Assembly: GCA_046262595.1 (NCBI GenBank)
Contig: JBHEMM010000024.1
Location: forward strand, 384 to 36,753
Reading direction: 5' to 3'
From: Vulcanimicrobiaceae bacterium
Lineage (GTDB): Bacteria > Vulcanimicrobiota > Vulcanimicrobiia > Vulcanimicrobiales > Vulcanimicrobiaceae
Length of the DNA stretch: 36,370 bases
The position numbers and the translations under genes were made by a program. Under the pieces are notes generated by a model, which worked only from the letters and a program-made list of their open reading frames with translations, ran no database searches and was not told where the DNA came from. Shown in pieces: positions 26,093-34,811 of the stretch (position 1 is the stretch's first letter; each line of letters starts with the position of its first letter).

Positions 26093-27432
26093 AGCCCCAG
26101 CACTTCGCGGGCGATGCGCGTCTTGTGCATTACCTCGTCGTATTCGGCTTGCGGATCGCTGTCCGCAACGATTCCCGCGGACGCTTGCCAATAGGCAATG
26201 CCGTCGTGCACGTGCAAGCTGCGCAGCGTGATGCATGAATCGAAATCGCCGTTCCAGGCCCAGCGGCCGACGCTGCCGGCGTAAAAGCCGCGCGCTTGCG
26301 CTTCGAGATCGTCGATCAGCTGCATCGCGCGAATCTTCGGCGTGCCCGTCACCGTGCCGGCAGGAAAGCCCGCCTGAAAAAGATCCAAGCCGTCGCACCC
26401 GCCGCACAGCTCGCCTTGCAGGTCCGAGACGATGTGCATGACGTGACTGTACCGTTCGATCTCGAGCAGCTCCGTCGCCCGAATCGTCCCCGTGCGGCAC
26501 ACGCGCCCGAGATCGTTGCGGCCGAGATCCACCAGCATCACGTGCTCGGCGCGCTCTTTCTCGTTGCGCAGCAACTCGTCCGCAATCTCGATATCGCTGG
26601 CTTCGTCGGCGCCGCGCGGACGTGTGCCGGCCAGCGGGCGGATGCGCGCCCGCTGCCCTTCGAGCCGCACGAGGAACTCGGGTGAAGCGCCCAGCAGTTG
26701 TCCGAACGGCGTATCGACATAGAACATGTACGGCGAGGGGTTGGCCGAGCGGATCGCACGATACAGATCGAAGGCGCTCCCCTGAAGCGGCGCACAGAAG
26801 CGGATGCCGATTTGCAGTTGGTACACTTCTCCGTCGTTGATGAACTCTTTGACCTGCGCGACTCTCTCTAAAAAAGCGGCTTGCGTCATGGAGGCGTTCA
26901 TGGGCCCGGCGGCGCCGACGGCATGCGGAAGGCGCGGGCGGATGGTAAGGAGCCGCTGCACGTATTGCTCGATGCGCGCCTCGGCGGAGCCCTCGTCCGG
27001 CCCGCAGACCCAAATCGTGAGTTTGTCGGTGAAGTGATCGAAGACAAGCCACGTGAGCGGCGCGGCAACATACGCCGCGGGCATGGAGGGAACGGCCGGT
27101 CCGCGCGAGCGAAGTTTCGCATACGAGCGCGCCGCATCGTACGAAAACGCGACGAGCGCGCCGCCGATCGGCATGTCGGATGTCTCGTCGACGCGGTGGG
27201 CGCGCCAGAATCCGCGGATAGCATCGTACATCGCCGCATCATCGCCGAAGCTGCGGGCGTCGGCGTAATCGATACCGATGAACGAATATCGCGAGATGCG
27301 GCCCGCAGCGCTCTCGACGCTTTCAAGCAGGCACGATGCGCCGGCCGTGGCAAGTTCCGCGTACGCCGCGATCGGGGTGAGCGTGTCCGCCGAAATGGTC
27401 TTGCTGTGCGAGACCCGTACCGCCGTTTGCAT
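26089..27432 (-). CDS. trpE: Anthranilate synthase component I
   Basis: Start moved to ATG 27432. ADTLTPI, Trp-feedback motifs LLES and NPSPYM, GASPE.LV, RPLAGTRPRG, KERAEHVMLVDLGRND, YSHVMHIVS, FPAGTVTGTPKIRAM. Confidence 0.88.
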   Translation of the reverse strand: MQTAVRVSHSKTISADTLTPIAAYAELATAGASCLLESVESAAGRISRYSFIGIDYADARSFGDDAAMYDAIRGFWRAHRVDETSDMPIGGALVAFSYDAARSYAKLRSRGPAVPSMPAAYVAAPLTWLVFDHFTDKLTIWVCGPDEGSAEARIEQYVQRLLTIRPRLPHAVGAAGPMNASMTQAAFLERVAQVKEFINDGEVYQLQIGIRFCAPLQGSAFDLYRAIRSANPSPYMFYVDTPFGQLLGASPEFLVRLEGQRARIRPLAGTRPRGADEASDIEIADELLRNEKERAEHVMLVDLGRNDLGRVCRTGTIRATELLEIERYSHVMHIVSDLQGELCGGCDGLDLFQAGFPAGTVTGTPKIRAMQLIDDLEAQARGFYAGSVGRWAWNGDFDSCITLRSLHVHDGIAYWQASAGIVADSDPQAEYDEVMHKTRIAREVLGL

Positions 27433-27440
27433 CCGGCGCC

Positions 27441-28073
27441 CTACCGTTTTAGTTCGGGGTGCTCCTGCGTCAGCTGCGCCGCGTATGCCGCCGGCAAGTT
27501 TTCCAAAATCGCGCCCACGGAATCCGGCGGCATCAACGCGAAAATGCGGGCGACGTATGCTTCGGGAAGTTTCTGCACCACCTTCGCCGCAGCTTCGGAG
27601 TCCATCGCGCCCCACACGAGCGCCGTGCGGTGCATGCCGGCCGTGCCGTCCTGCGCTAAATCGGCGCTCACGACCGGTATCGCCGCCGCCGGGTTTGCGG
27701 CAATGCCGCCCGCAGGCTTGGACGCGGGCGCGACGGCCGATCCTTGCTGCGCTTGACTGAGTTGCGTCTGCAGCTGCGTGATCTGTTTATCGCGCTGTGC
27801 GATTTGCGAGCGCGCATCATTAACTTCTTTGCTCAAGGCGTCGATCTGCGCGCTCTGCGCGTTGAGCGTTCCCTGCTGCGCCGCCAGATCGAACGGCCGC
27901 GCGAGCGGTTTCAAGAACGGCGCATTGCGGACGGGCGCCGTCACGGGGCTGGCTGCAAGGAACGTGCGCGAGGGCGCCCACCAGAGCGCCAGCGTAACGA
28001 TCGCCGCGGCGGCGGCAGAATACATGACGCGCTTCCACGGAAACGGTTTTTTGCGGCGGCGGGTGACGATCAT
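27441..28073 (-). CDS. YlxF/MotE-like flagellar protein (TM helix, coiled coil, MgtE-N-like helical repeats)
   Basis: RTALVWGAMDSEAAAKVVQKL....VARIFALMPPDSVGAILENLP...AAQLT; canonical position after fliJ. Confidence 0.75.
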   Translation of the reverse strand: MIVTRRRKKPFPWKRVMYSAAAAAIVTLALWWAPSRTFLAASPVTAPVRNAPFLKPLARPFDLAAQQGTLNAQSAQIDALSKEVNDARSQIAQRDKQITQLQTQLSQAQQGSAVAPASKPAGGIAANPAAAIPVVSADLAQDGTAGMHRTALVWGAMDSEAAAKVVQKLPEAYVARIFALMPPDSVGAILENLPAAYAAQLTQEHPELKR

Positions 28074-28094
28074 CGGCTTGGGCCCCTCGGACGG

Positions 28095-28544
28095 TTAGGT
28101 TGCTGCATGGGCACGCGCGTGACGGCGGTTGTTGGAGTCGTCAAGCTCTCTTTGCTCTTCAGCCGCTTGCATCTGCCGGTGCTCTTCGAAGCGCCGCTCC
28201 TTCAGCTTCTCGATCACTTTGCGTTCACGGCTGGCGTCAAGCAGATCGAGACGCGCCCGTTCCGACGCGAGGCGGCACTGCGAAATAATGCCATGCTGCA
28301 TCGTCATGGACCGGTCCAGATACTCCAGATGCGCATAATGCGCGCGCAAGTCTTCGCTGGTGAAGTTGCGGTGACCATCGCGCAGACGCAGCGAATACTG
28401 CTTGAACTGCGCGTTTAGACGCGCGAGCGTGTCCTGGGCATCGCGCAAGTCGCGCATGCGCCCGGCGAGAAACAATTGTTTTTCATCCTCGATACGTTCG
28501 CGCTGTTCGAGGACGGGCTCGAGCGAAAACGCAAACCGCTTCAT
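28095..28544 (-). CDS. fliJ: Flagellar export protein FliJ
   Basis: MKRFAFSLEPVLEQRE..E, ERKVIEKLKERR, EQRELDD; follows fliI. Confidence 0.9.
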   Translation of the reverse strand: MKRFAFSLEPVLEQRERIEDEKQLFLAGRMRDLRDAQDTLARLNAQFKQYSLRLRDGHRNFTSEDLRAHYAHLEYLDRSMTMQHGIISQCRLASERARLDLLDASRERKVIEKLKERRFEEHRQMQAAEEQRELDDSNNRRHARAHAAT

Positions 28545-29866
28545 CAGGCGATGCCCAGCAAGCCGCTGTGCGCTTGTTCGAACGTGGCGGTTTCGTAGAT
28601 ATCTTGTTTGAGATAATGCCGCACCGATTCGATTTTCGAGAGCGCGAGATCGACGCGCGGATTGCTTCCTTGCACGTACGCGCCGATATTGATCAAGTCT
28701 TCCGCCTCGCGGTACGTTGAAAGCACGTCCCGAACCGCGGATGCCGCCGAGGAGTGATTCTGATCCACGACATCGGGCATGACGCGGCTTACGCTGGCGA
28801 GCACGTCGATAGCGGGGTAATGGTTCGCAGCCGCAAGTTTTCGCGAAAGCACGATATGACCGTCCAGGATCGAGCGCACGGCATCCGCGACGGGTTCGTT
28901 CATGTCATCGCCGTCAACGAGCACCGAATAAAGGCCGGTGATGGTTCCCGTCTGCGCCGTGCCGGCGCGCTCGAGCAACTTCGGCAGCATGGCAAAGACC
29001 GACGGCGTGTATCCGCGCGTTGTGGTCGGCTCGCCGATCGCCAGACCGACTTCCCGCTGCGCCATGGCAAAGCGCGTCACACTGTCCATCATGAACATCA
29101 CGTCCAAGCCTTGATCGCGAAAGTACTCGGCGATGGTGGTCGCGACGAATGCCGCTTTAATGCGCACAAGCGCGGGCTGATCGCTGGTTGAAACCACCAC
29201 GACGCTGCGGCGCAGCCCCTCTTCTCCCAAATCCCGTTCGATGAAGTCGCGGACTTCTTTGCCGCGCTCGCCGATGAGCGCAATGACGTTGACGTCGGCC
29301 GACGTATTGCGCGCGATCATTCCTAAAATCGTCGATTTGCCGACGCCGCTTCCGGCGAAGACGCCGGCACGCTGGCCTTTGCCGCACGTGAGGAGCCCAT
29401 CGATCGCGCGGATGCCCAGCGCCAGCGGCTGGGTGATGCGCCGGCGCGAGAGCGCGGGCGGCGGTGAGGCGGCAATCTGCGCGCGGCGCCCCGCGAAGAT
29501 GCGGCCGTGGCCGTCGATCGGATGGCCCAGGCCGTCCAAAACGCGGCCGAGCAGGTCGTCCGTAACGCCGATTTCGAGCGGTTTACCGAGCGTCACCACT
29601 TCGCTGCCGGCGCCGATACCCATCAGGTCGCCCAGCGGCATAATCAGCACTTTGTTATCGCGAAAGCCGACCACTTCGGCGAGCACCGGTTCGGCCGTGC
29701 GTTTATACTGGATGTGGCACGTCTCGCCGATCGCCATGTGCGGCCCCAGCGACTCGATAACCACGCCGATGAGCTGGCGCACTTTGCCGTTCTGCCGCAT
29801 CAGGTCGACCGAATCGACGTCGCCGATGTATTTGTCCGCGCTGAATACGGGCAGCCCGGCCGTCAT
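28544..29866 (-). CDS. fliI: Flagellum-specific ATPase FliI
   Basis: Start moved to ATG 29866. GIRAIDGLLTCGKGQR.G.FAGSGVGKST, ALIGERGKEV, MDSVTRFAMAQREVGLA.GEP, ILDGHIVLSR.LA...HYPAID. Confidence 0.97.
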   Translation of the reverse strand: MTAGLPVFSADKYIGDVDSVDLMRQNGKVRQLIGVVIESLGPHMAIGETCHIQYKRTAEPVLAEVVGFRDNKVLIMPLGDLMGIGAGSEVVTLGKPLEIGVTDDLLGRVLDGLGHPIDGHGRIFAGRRAQIAASPPPALSRRRITQPLALGIRAIDGLLTCGKGQRAGVFAGSGVGKSTILGMIARNTSADVNVIALIGERGKEVRDFIERDLGEEGLRRSVVVVSTSDQPALVRIKAAFVATTIAEYFRDQGLDVMFMMDSVTRFAMAQREVGLAIGEPTTTRGYTPSVFAMLPKLLERAGTAQTGTITGLYSVLVDGDDMNEPVADAVRSILDGHIVLSRKLAAANHYPAIDVLASVSRVMPDVVDQNHSSAASAVRDVLSTYREAEDLINIGAYVQGSNPRVDLALSKIESVRHYLKQDIYETATFEQAHSGLLGIA

Positions 29867-29867
29867 A

Positions 29868-30692
29868 TCAGCTCGCTTGCGCCGGGGCGTTGATGATCGG
29901 CGGTTCGCTCGAGGGAGCGACCGAGAGCGGCTCCTCGACGGCGAGCAGCCGGCGCACTTGACGCAGCTGCGTGGAAATTTTCGCGTCGATCGTTCCCGAC
30001 TCCGTGTCGATGACCACGCCGCCGCGGTCCACGCGCTGATCTTCGACCAGCCGCAGATTATCAATGTCGTTCATGGACATCAGGCGGTCGCGGTGATCCC
30101 GCATCAGCGCAATGTCGGCCGGGTGCACGCGGACCGTAACGGTTTCACGCGTGACCAGACGCGAGATCGCGGATCGCGCCATTTCCAGCACGGTTTCCGG
30201 CTGCACCAGAATGTGCGCGTTGAGAATGCGCTCGCAGACGTGCAAAGCAAGTCGCACGATCTCCGGTTCGGCTCCTTCGATGATCTTGTAGCGCTCGACG
30301 CGCGCCATTTCGACCAGCCCGCGCATCGTTTCCAGCATCTCGTCCATCTCGGCACCGGCGGCAGCGCGGCCATCGCCCATGCCTTGGTCGAAGCCGCTTT
30401 GCCGCGCCGACGATTCGATCTCGGCGACGCGCGCGAGCCCGTCGTCGACGAGCTGCAGTGCGCGCTCGCGCGCGTCTTCCAAAAGACGGGCTGCGTCCGC
30501 GGATGCATCGTCTACCAGTTGCGCTGCCTCGGCGCGCGCCGCTTCAGCGTCGATCTGCGGCAGCGCCTCTGCGGCGTACGGCGCGGGCGGCGCGTCGGAA
30601 TATTCGAAGCTGTGCGGCTGCGCGTGTTGCGTCCGGGGCTTCATCTGAAACGCTTCGTCCGTTACGCGCGCGCCTTTTACCACTCTGCCCAC
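29868..30692 (-). CDS. fliH: Flagellar assembly protein FliH
   Basis: AxxxGxxxGxxxG (ARQSGFDQGMGDG), VTVRVHPAD, D..VDRGGVVIDTESGTIDA.I.TQL; lies between fliG and fliI. Confidence 0.92.
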   Translation of the reverse strand: MGRVVKGARVTDEAFQMKPRTQHAQPHSFEYSDAPPAPYAAEALPQIDAEAARAEAAQLVDDASADAARLLEDARERALQLVDDGLARVAEIESSARQSGFDQGMGDGRAAAGAEMDEMLETMRGLVEMARVERYKIIEGAEPEIVRLALHVCERILNAHILVQPETVLEMARSAISRLVTRETVTVRVHPADIALMRDHRDRLMSMNDIDNLRLVEDQRVDRGGVVIDTESGTIDAKISTQLRQVRRLLAVEEPLSVAPSSEPPIINAPAQAS

Positions 30693-30694
30693 AG

Positions 30695-31777
30695 CTAGAC
30701 GAGTTTTTCGTCCTTAGCGCCGCGGGCGATGATAATCTGTCCGTTCTCTTCAAGCGTGCGGATGACGTCGACAATCGCTTGCTGGGCCTTGCCGACTTCG
30801 CGCATACGCGTCGGGCCGAGCAGCTCGATCTCTTCGCGCAGCGTACCGCCGGCGCGCGTCGACATATTTTTATAGACGCGGACGAGGAGTTCTTCGTTGG
30901 CCGTCTTGAGCGCCAGCGCGAGCTCCTTGCCGTCCACTTCCTTGAGGATACGCTGAATCGAACGGTCGTCCAGATTGACGATATCTTCAAAGACGAACAG
31001 CAGGTTTTTCACTTCCGTCGCGAGCTCGGGGTCGCGCTTGGACAAGCCCTCGAGAATGTTCTTCTCCGTTTCGCGGTCCACAAAGCCCATCACGTTGGCA
31101 AGCGACTGCACGCCGCCCGCCTTCGCGAAATCGGCGCCCGTGACGAGCAGCCTGCGCCCGAGCAGTTCGTCCAACTGTTCGAGCACTTCGGGCGCCGTCT
31201 TCTGCAGAATCGCGATGCGCATCGCAACTTCGGCCTGCAGTTCGGGCGGCAGCGCGGAAAGCACGGCGCCGGCTTGGTCCGCCGCCATGTACACCAAAAT
31301 CAAAGCAATCGTCTGGGGATGCTCGTCTTGGATGAACTGCAGCAGCTGCGCGGGCTCCGTCTTCTTGATCAGCTCGAGCGGATTACCGTGCTTGAGCGCT
31401 GCGAACAGGCGGTTCGTCATGTCGTCCGCTTGGCCCGCGCCGAACGAACGCTCTAAAATCTCTTTGGCATACTCGATGCCGCCTTCATTGATGTACTTGA
31501 GCGCGATCGCACGCTGATATGCCTCCGTGATAACCGTGTCACGCTTCTCGAGCGGAACGGTTTGAATCTTCGCGATCTCCAGGACGATGCGCTCGACTTC
31601 GTCTTGGCGCAGAAACTTGAAGATCGTCGCTGAGAGTTCGAGGCCCAGCGTGATGATCAGGATTGCGGCTTTTTCCGGTCCGCAGACGTCGACCGCCGGG
31701 AAGGCCTCGAGCGCTGCGAAACTGTCGGGCAGTTCCGCCGCAACGTCGCTCAGATTTACTATGGGGTTTTCCATCAT
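30695..31777 (-). CDS. fliG: Flagellar motor switch protein FliG
   Basis: EKAAILIITLG, EGGIEYAKEILE, EHPQTIALIL, GGVQSLA, LFVFEDIVNLDDRSIQRIL, KNMSTRA. Confidence 0.97.
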   Translation of the reverse strand: MMENPIVNLSDVAAELPDSFAALEAFPAVDVCGPEKAAILIITLGLELSATIFKFLRQDEVERIVLEIAKIQTVPLEKRDTVITEAYQRAIALKYINEGGIEYAKEILERSFGAGQADDMTNRLFAALKHGNPLELIKKTEPAQLLQFIQDEHPQTIALILVYMAADQAGAVLSALPPELQAEVAMRIAILQKTAPEVLEQLDELLGRRLLVTGADFAKAGGVQSLANVMGFVDRETEKNILEGLSKRDPELATEVKNLLFVFEDIVNLDDRSIQRILKEVDGKELALALKTANEELLVRVYKNMSTRAGGTLREEIELLGPTRMREVGKAQQAIVDVIRTLEENGQIIIARGAKDEKLV

Positions 31778-33441
31778 TCCGAGAGCCAGAGTTTGACGAG
31801 TTTGGCGATGCTGTCCGGATTTTCTTGAGCGACGGTGGTGACGTATTCGATCATCTGTTCGCGCGTCAGATCCGCTGCCGAACGGATCGGCGCGGCGATG
31901 CCCGGCGCACCGTCGAGCATCGGATGTTCTTCGAACGGCGGCAGCTCTTCGGCGAGCGTCGAGTCGAAGGAGGGCAGTTCCATCGCCGGCTTAAATGCGC
32001 TGCGCCGCATACGCCCGAGCAGCATGGCGGAAGCGAGAACGGCGCCCGTTCCCAAGAGCAGGAACAACACCCAAAGCGGCACGCCGACAAACGTTGCCGG
32101 TGCTCCGCTGCCGATGCCGCCGCCCGTTTCGGGCGCGGTCACGGCGGGGTTGAACGGAATGGCTTCAACCGAGACTTGATCGCCGCCGCTCAGATTCAAG
32201 CCGGCTGCGGCGACCACGAGGTTCTGAACCTGCTGGCGCATCGCGGGAGTGATTTGATATGCGGCTGCCGGCGCCGACGCGGCCAAAGGCGATGCATTGG
32301 GGACGGTGGCGGTATTCAACACGACGGCGACGCTCGTCGAAAGCACCTTGCCCGGCGCGTCGATATGTTTGGCATTCGTTTCCGAAACGTTATAGTTCGT
32401 CGTCGTTTCCGACTTGTTGTCCTTGAACGTTCCGGAATTCTGCTGGCCCTGGTAACTCGGAATATTGCTGCTGGTGCCGGGCACGCCCAGCGCCGTACGC
32501 GGCGCGTTCCCGTTGAGCGTTTCGCGTTTGCTTTGCGAGGAAAGCACGGTGCCCACCGGCGCGTACGTCTTCGTCTCGGTGCTCGCCGCATCGAAGTTCA
32601 TTCTCGTTGAAACGCGCGCGACCGCGTGACGCGGCCCGAGCGTTTGATCGAGCATCGACTGGATGCTCGCCTGTACCGTCGCTTCGTAGCGCTGCTTGGC
32701 GGAGATTTGATCCTGCGTGAGATTGAGCGGGTCGGGAGCGTTTGCGTCCATCCCGCGAGGCGGCAGCAGCACTTGGCCGTCTTGATTCACGATCGTCACG
32801 TCTTGCGGCTTGAGTCCGTCGACGGCGCGTGCGACGAGCATCGTGATGCCCTGCACTTGATCGGGGGAAAGATTCATCCCCGGCTTCGTCGCGATGGCGA
32901 CCGAAGCGGTGGCGGCGGAACTGGTGCTCGAATACAGCGTTTTATCCGCCTGCGCGATGTGCACGCGCGCCGACTGCACGGGGTCGAGCCCGCCGATCGT
33001 GCGTTCGAGCTCGCCTTCGATCGCCCGGTTCATATCGAGGTTTTGCTCAAACTCCGTCATGCCGAAGTTGGTCCGGTCGAAGAGCTCGTAGCCGGTCGAA
33101 CTGCCTTTAAGAACGTTCGCTCCGGCGATCGCAACGCGCTCGTCGGCCAAACTCGATGGAGGAACCAGAACCGTTTTGCCGTCGGCCGAAAGGCGGTACG
33201 GCACCTTGTCGTCCTTCAAACGCTGCGTGACGGACGCCGCATCGCCGGCGGAAAGGTTTGAAAACAACGGTTCGTATCCGGGCCGGTCGAACGCCAGCAA
33301 GAGCGCCAGTCCGACAAATGCAAAGACAAGAATGCCGGCAACGCCCATCAGCAGCGCCCTGTTCGGGCCGCCCCAAAGCACTCGAATACGGCCGGCGAAA
33401 TCGTTCCACATCACCGCGATGCGATCCAAGAAAGTCACCAA
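31774..33441 (-). CDS. fliF: Flagellar MS-ring protein FliF
   Basis: YEPLFSNLS..DA, GYELFDRTNFGMTEFEQ....RAIEGELERTI, VQSARVHI, LVARAVDGL....VTIV.Q.G, second TM helix, C-terminal PDSIAKLVKLWLSE. Confidence 0.96.
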   Translation of the reverse strand: MVTFLDRIAVMWNDFAGRIRVLWGGPNRALLMGVAGILVFAFVGLALLLAFDRPGYEPLFSNLSAGDAASVTQRLKDDKVPYRLSADGKTVLVPPSSLADERVAIAGANVLKGSSTGYELFDRTNFGMTEFEQNLDMNRAIEGELERTIGGLDPVQSARVHIAQADKTLYSSTSSAATASVAIATKPGMNLSPDQVQGITMLVARAVDGLKPQDVTIVNQDGQVLLPPRGMDANAPDPLNLTQDQISAKQRYEATVQASIQSMLDQTLGPRHAVARVSTRMNFDAASTETKTYAPVGTVLSSQSKRETLNGNAPRTALGVPGTSSNIPSYQGQQNSGTFKDNKSETTTNYNVSETNAKHIDAPGKVLSTSVAVVLNTATVPNASPLAASAPAAAYQITPAMRQQVQNLVVAAAGLNLSGGDQVSVEAIPFNPAVTAPETGGGIGSGAPATFVGVPLWVLFLLLGTGAVLASAMLLGRMRRSAFKPAMELPSFDSTLAEELPPFEEHPMLDGAPGIAAPIRSAADLTREQMIEYVTTVAQENPDSIAKLVKLWLSE

Positions 33442-33509
33442 AACCTAGAAACGCGGCCGACCTTGGCCTTTTCGCCGCTCATCCGTGGCCGGCGAAGTGT
33501 TCTTAGTCA

Positions 33510-33541
33510 GTATCGGACGGAACGGTCGATGCTTTATCGGC
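33510..33541 (-). promoter_or_regulatory. Putative sigma28 promoter(s) of fliF
   Basis: TAAA (33536-33533)-N15-TCCGATAC (33517-33510); an overlapping perfect GCCGATAA at 33541-33534. Confidence 0.55.
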
Positions 33542-33564
33542 ACGCCGGATCTCCCGCCGGAAGT

Positions 33565-34806
33565 TTACACGGCGAGCTGTGAGCGCTCGGGTCCGACGGA
33601 GACGGCTTCGAAGGACACGCCGAGCACCGCTTCGAGCCGGCGCACGTAGGCCAGCGCCTTCGCGGGCAGCGCGCCGATCGCCCGGACCTCACGCAGGTCG
33701 TCCTGCCAGCCGTCCATCCACTCGATCTCGGTTTGCAGATCGCTCGCACCGGCCGAGCTGAAACCCGCCGGGCGGCCGCCCGTGCGGTATGCGCTCACGA
33801 TGCCGATCCGCTCGAAGCCGCTGAGCACGTCCAACTTCGTGAGCACGGCGCCGCTGAGGCCGTTGATGCGTGCGGCATAGCGCGCGGCGACGGCGTCGAA
33901 CCAGCCGCAGCGCCGCGGCCTGCCGGTGACCACGCCGAACTCGGCGCCCGCGCGTTGGAGACGCTCGCCGTCCGCATCCTGCAGTTCGGAGGGAAAGGGG
34001 CCGCCGCCCACGCGCGTGCAGTACGCCTTCACCACCCCGGTGACGCGGCCGATTGCGGTCGGCCCGATTCCTAAACCGATACACGCTCCGCCGGCGATTG
34101 TGTGCGAGCTCGTGACGTACGGATACGTGCCGAACCCGACGTCGAGCAGCGAACCTTGCGCGCCTTCGATCAAAACGCGCCGCCCCGATTCGATTGCTCC
34201 GTGCAGATAGTCGACGCCGTCCACAATATGCGGGGCAATGCGGCGCGCGAGTTCGAGCGTCGGCTCGAGCAGCGCCTGCGCGCCGCGCGTCTGCAACTTC
34301 TGCGCAAGCGCCGCCTCGTCCGCAAGATCGCCGAACGTAATCCCGGCACGCGAGGCCTTATCGACGTACGCCGGGCCGATGCCGCGGCCCGTCGTGCCGA
34401 TCGCACGTTCACCGCGCGCCGCCTCCGCTTCTTTGTCCGCTTGCGCGTGATAAGCAAACACCACGTGCGCGCGGTCGGAAACGCGAATGCGCGAGATGTC
34501 GATGCCGCGCTTGCTCAGCGCGTCGAGTTCGGCGGTGAAACCGGTCAGGCTGACGACGGTGCCGCCGCCGATGAACAGATCGCACGGCTGCATAACGCCG
34601 GAAGGCACGATGCGCAGCGCGAGTTTCTCGCTGCCCACCTCGATTGAATGCCCGGCGTTATCGCCGCCGCCGAAGCGCGCGACGATGTCGTAGCGCGCGG
34701 CGTACGAATCGACCACCCGGCCTTTGCCTTCGTCGCCCCACTGGATTCCCACAATGATGTCCGCTTTGCAGCCATCATTGCGGGTCCCTAACGGTTTAAC
34801 GGGCAC
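33565..34806 (-). CDS. purA: Adenylosuccinate synthetase
   Basis: IIVGIQWGDEGKG, RFGGGDNAGHS, IGTTGRGIGPAY.DK, EGAQG.LLD..FGTYPYVTSS, KAYCTRVG.GPFP, EFG..TGRPRRCGWFD, SVGPER. Confidence 0.96.
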   Translation of the reverse strand: MPVKPLGTRNDGCKADIIVGIQWGDEGKGRVVDSYAARYDIVARFGGGDNAGHSIEVGSEKLALRIVPSGVMQPCDLFIGGGTVVSLTGFTAELDALSKRGIDISRIRVSDRAHVVFAYHAQADKEAEAARGERAIGTTGRGIGPAYVDKASRAGITFGDLADEAALAQKLQTRGAQALLEPTLELARRIAPHIVDGVDYLHGAIESGRRVLIEGAQGSLLDVGFGTYPYVTSSHTIAGGACIGLGIGPTAIGRVTGVVKAYCTRVGGGPFPSELQDADGERLQRAGAEFGVVTGRPRRCGWFDAVAARYAARINGLSGAVLTKLDVLSGFERIGIVSAYRTGGRPAGFSSAGASDLQTEIEWMDGWQDDLREVRAIGALPAKALAYVRRLEAVLGVSFEAVSVGPERSQLAV

Positions 34807-34811
34807 GTGCC

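Noticed and set aside
26089..27432. Alternative call as PabB or phenazine PhzE
   Set aside because: LLES and NPSPYM Trp-feedback motifs and the adjacent Trp attenuator favour TrpE; there is no fused GATase and no phz genes. PabB is not fully excluded without a phylogeny.
26092..27615. N-terminal extensions of TrpG (510 aa) and TrpE (508 aa) in the ORF track suggesting fusions
   Set aside because: The extensions overlap upstream genes in other frames; real starts are at 26092 and 27432. The same applies to fliR, fliI, flgD, fliP and hyuB.
33442..33564. c-di-GMP riboswitch or other known ncRNA upstream of fliF (also checked flhB and cheY leaders)
   Set aside because: No recognisable GEMM core or other riboswitch pattern by eye; an Rfam scan would be needed to exclude it.
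34760..34806. Possible frameshift at the purA start (out-of-frame ATGATG near 34778)
   Set aside because: An in-frame GTG at 34806 gives an open frame through the GDEGKG motif, so no frameshift is needed.
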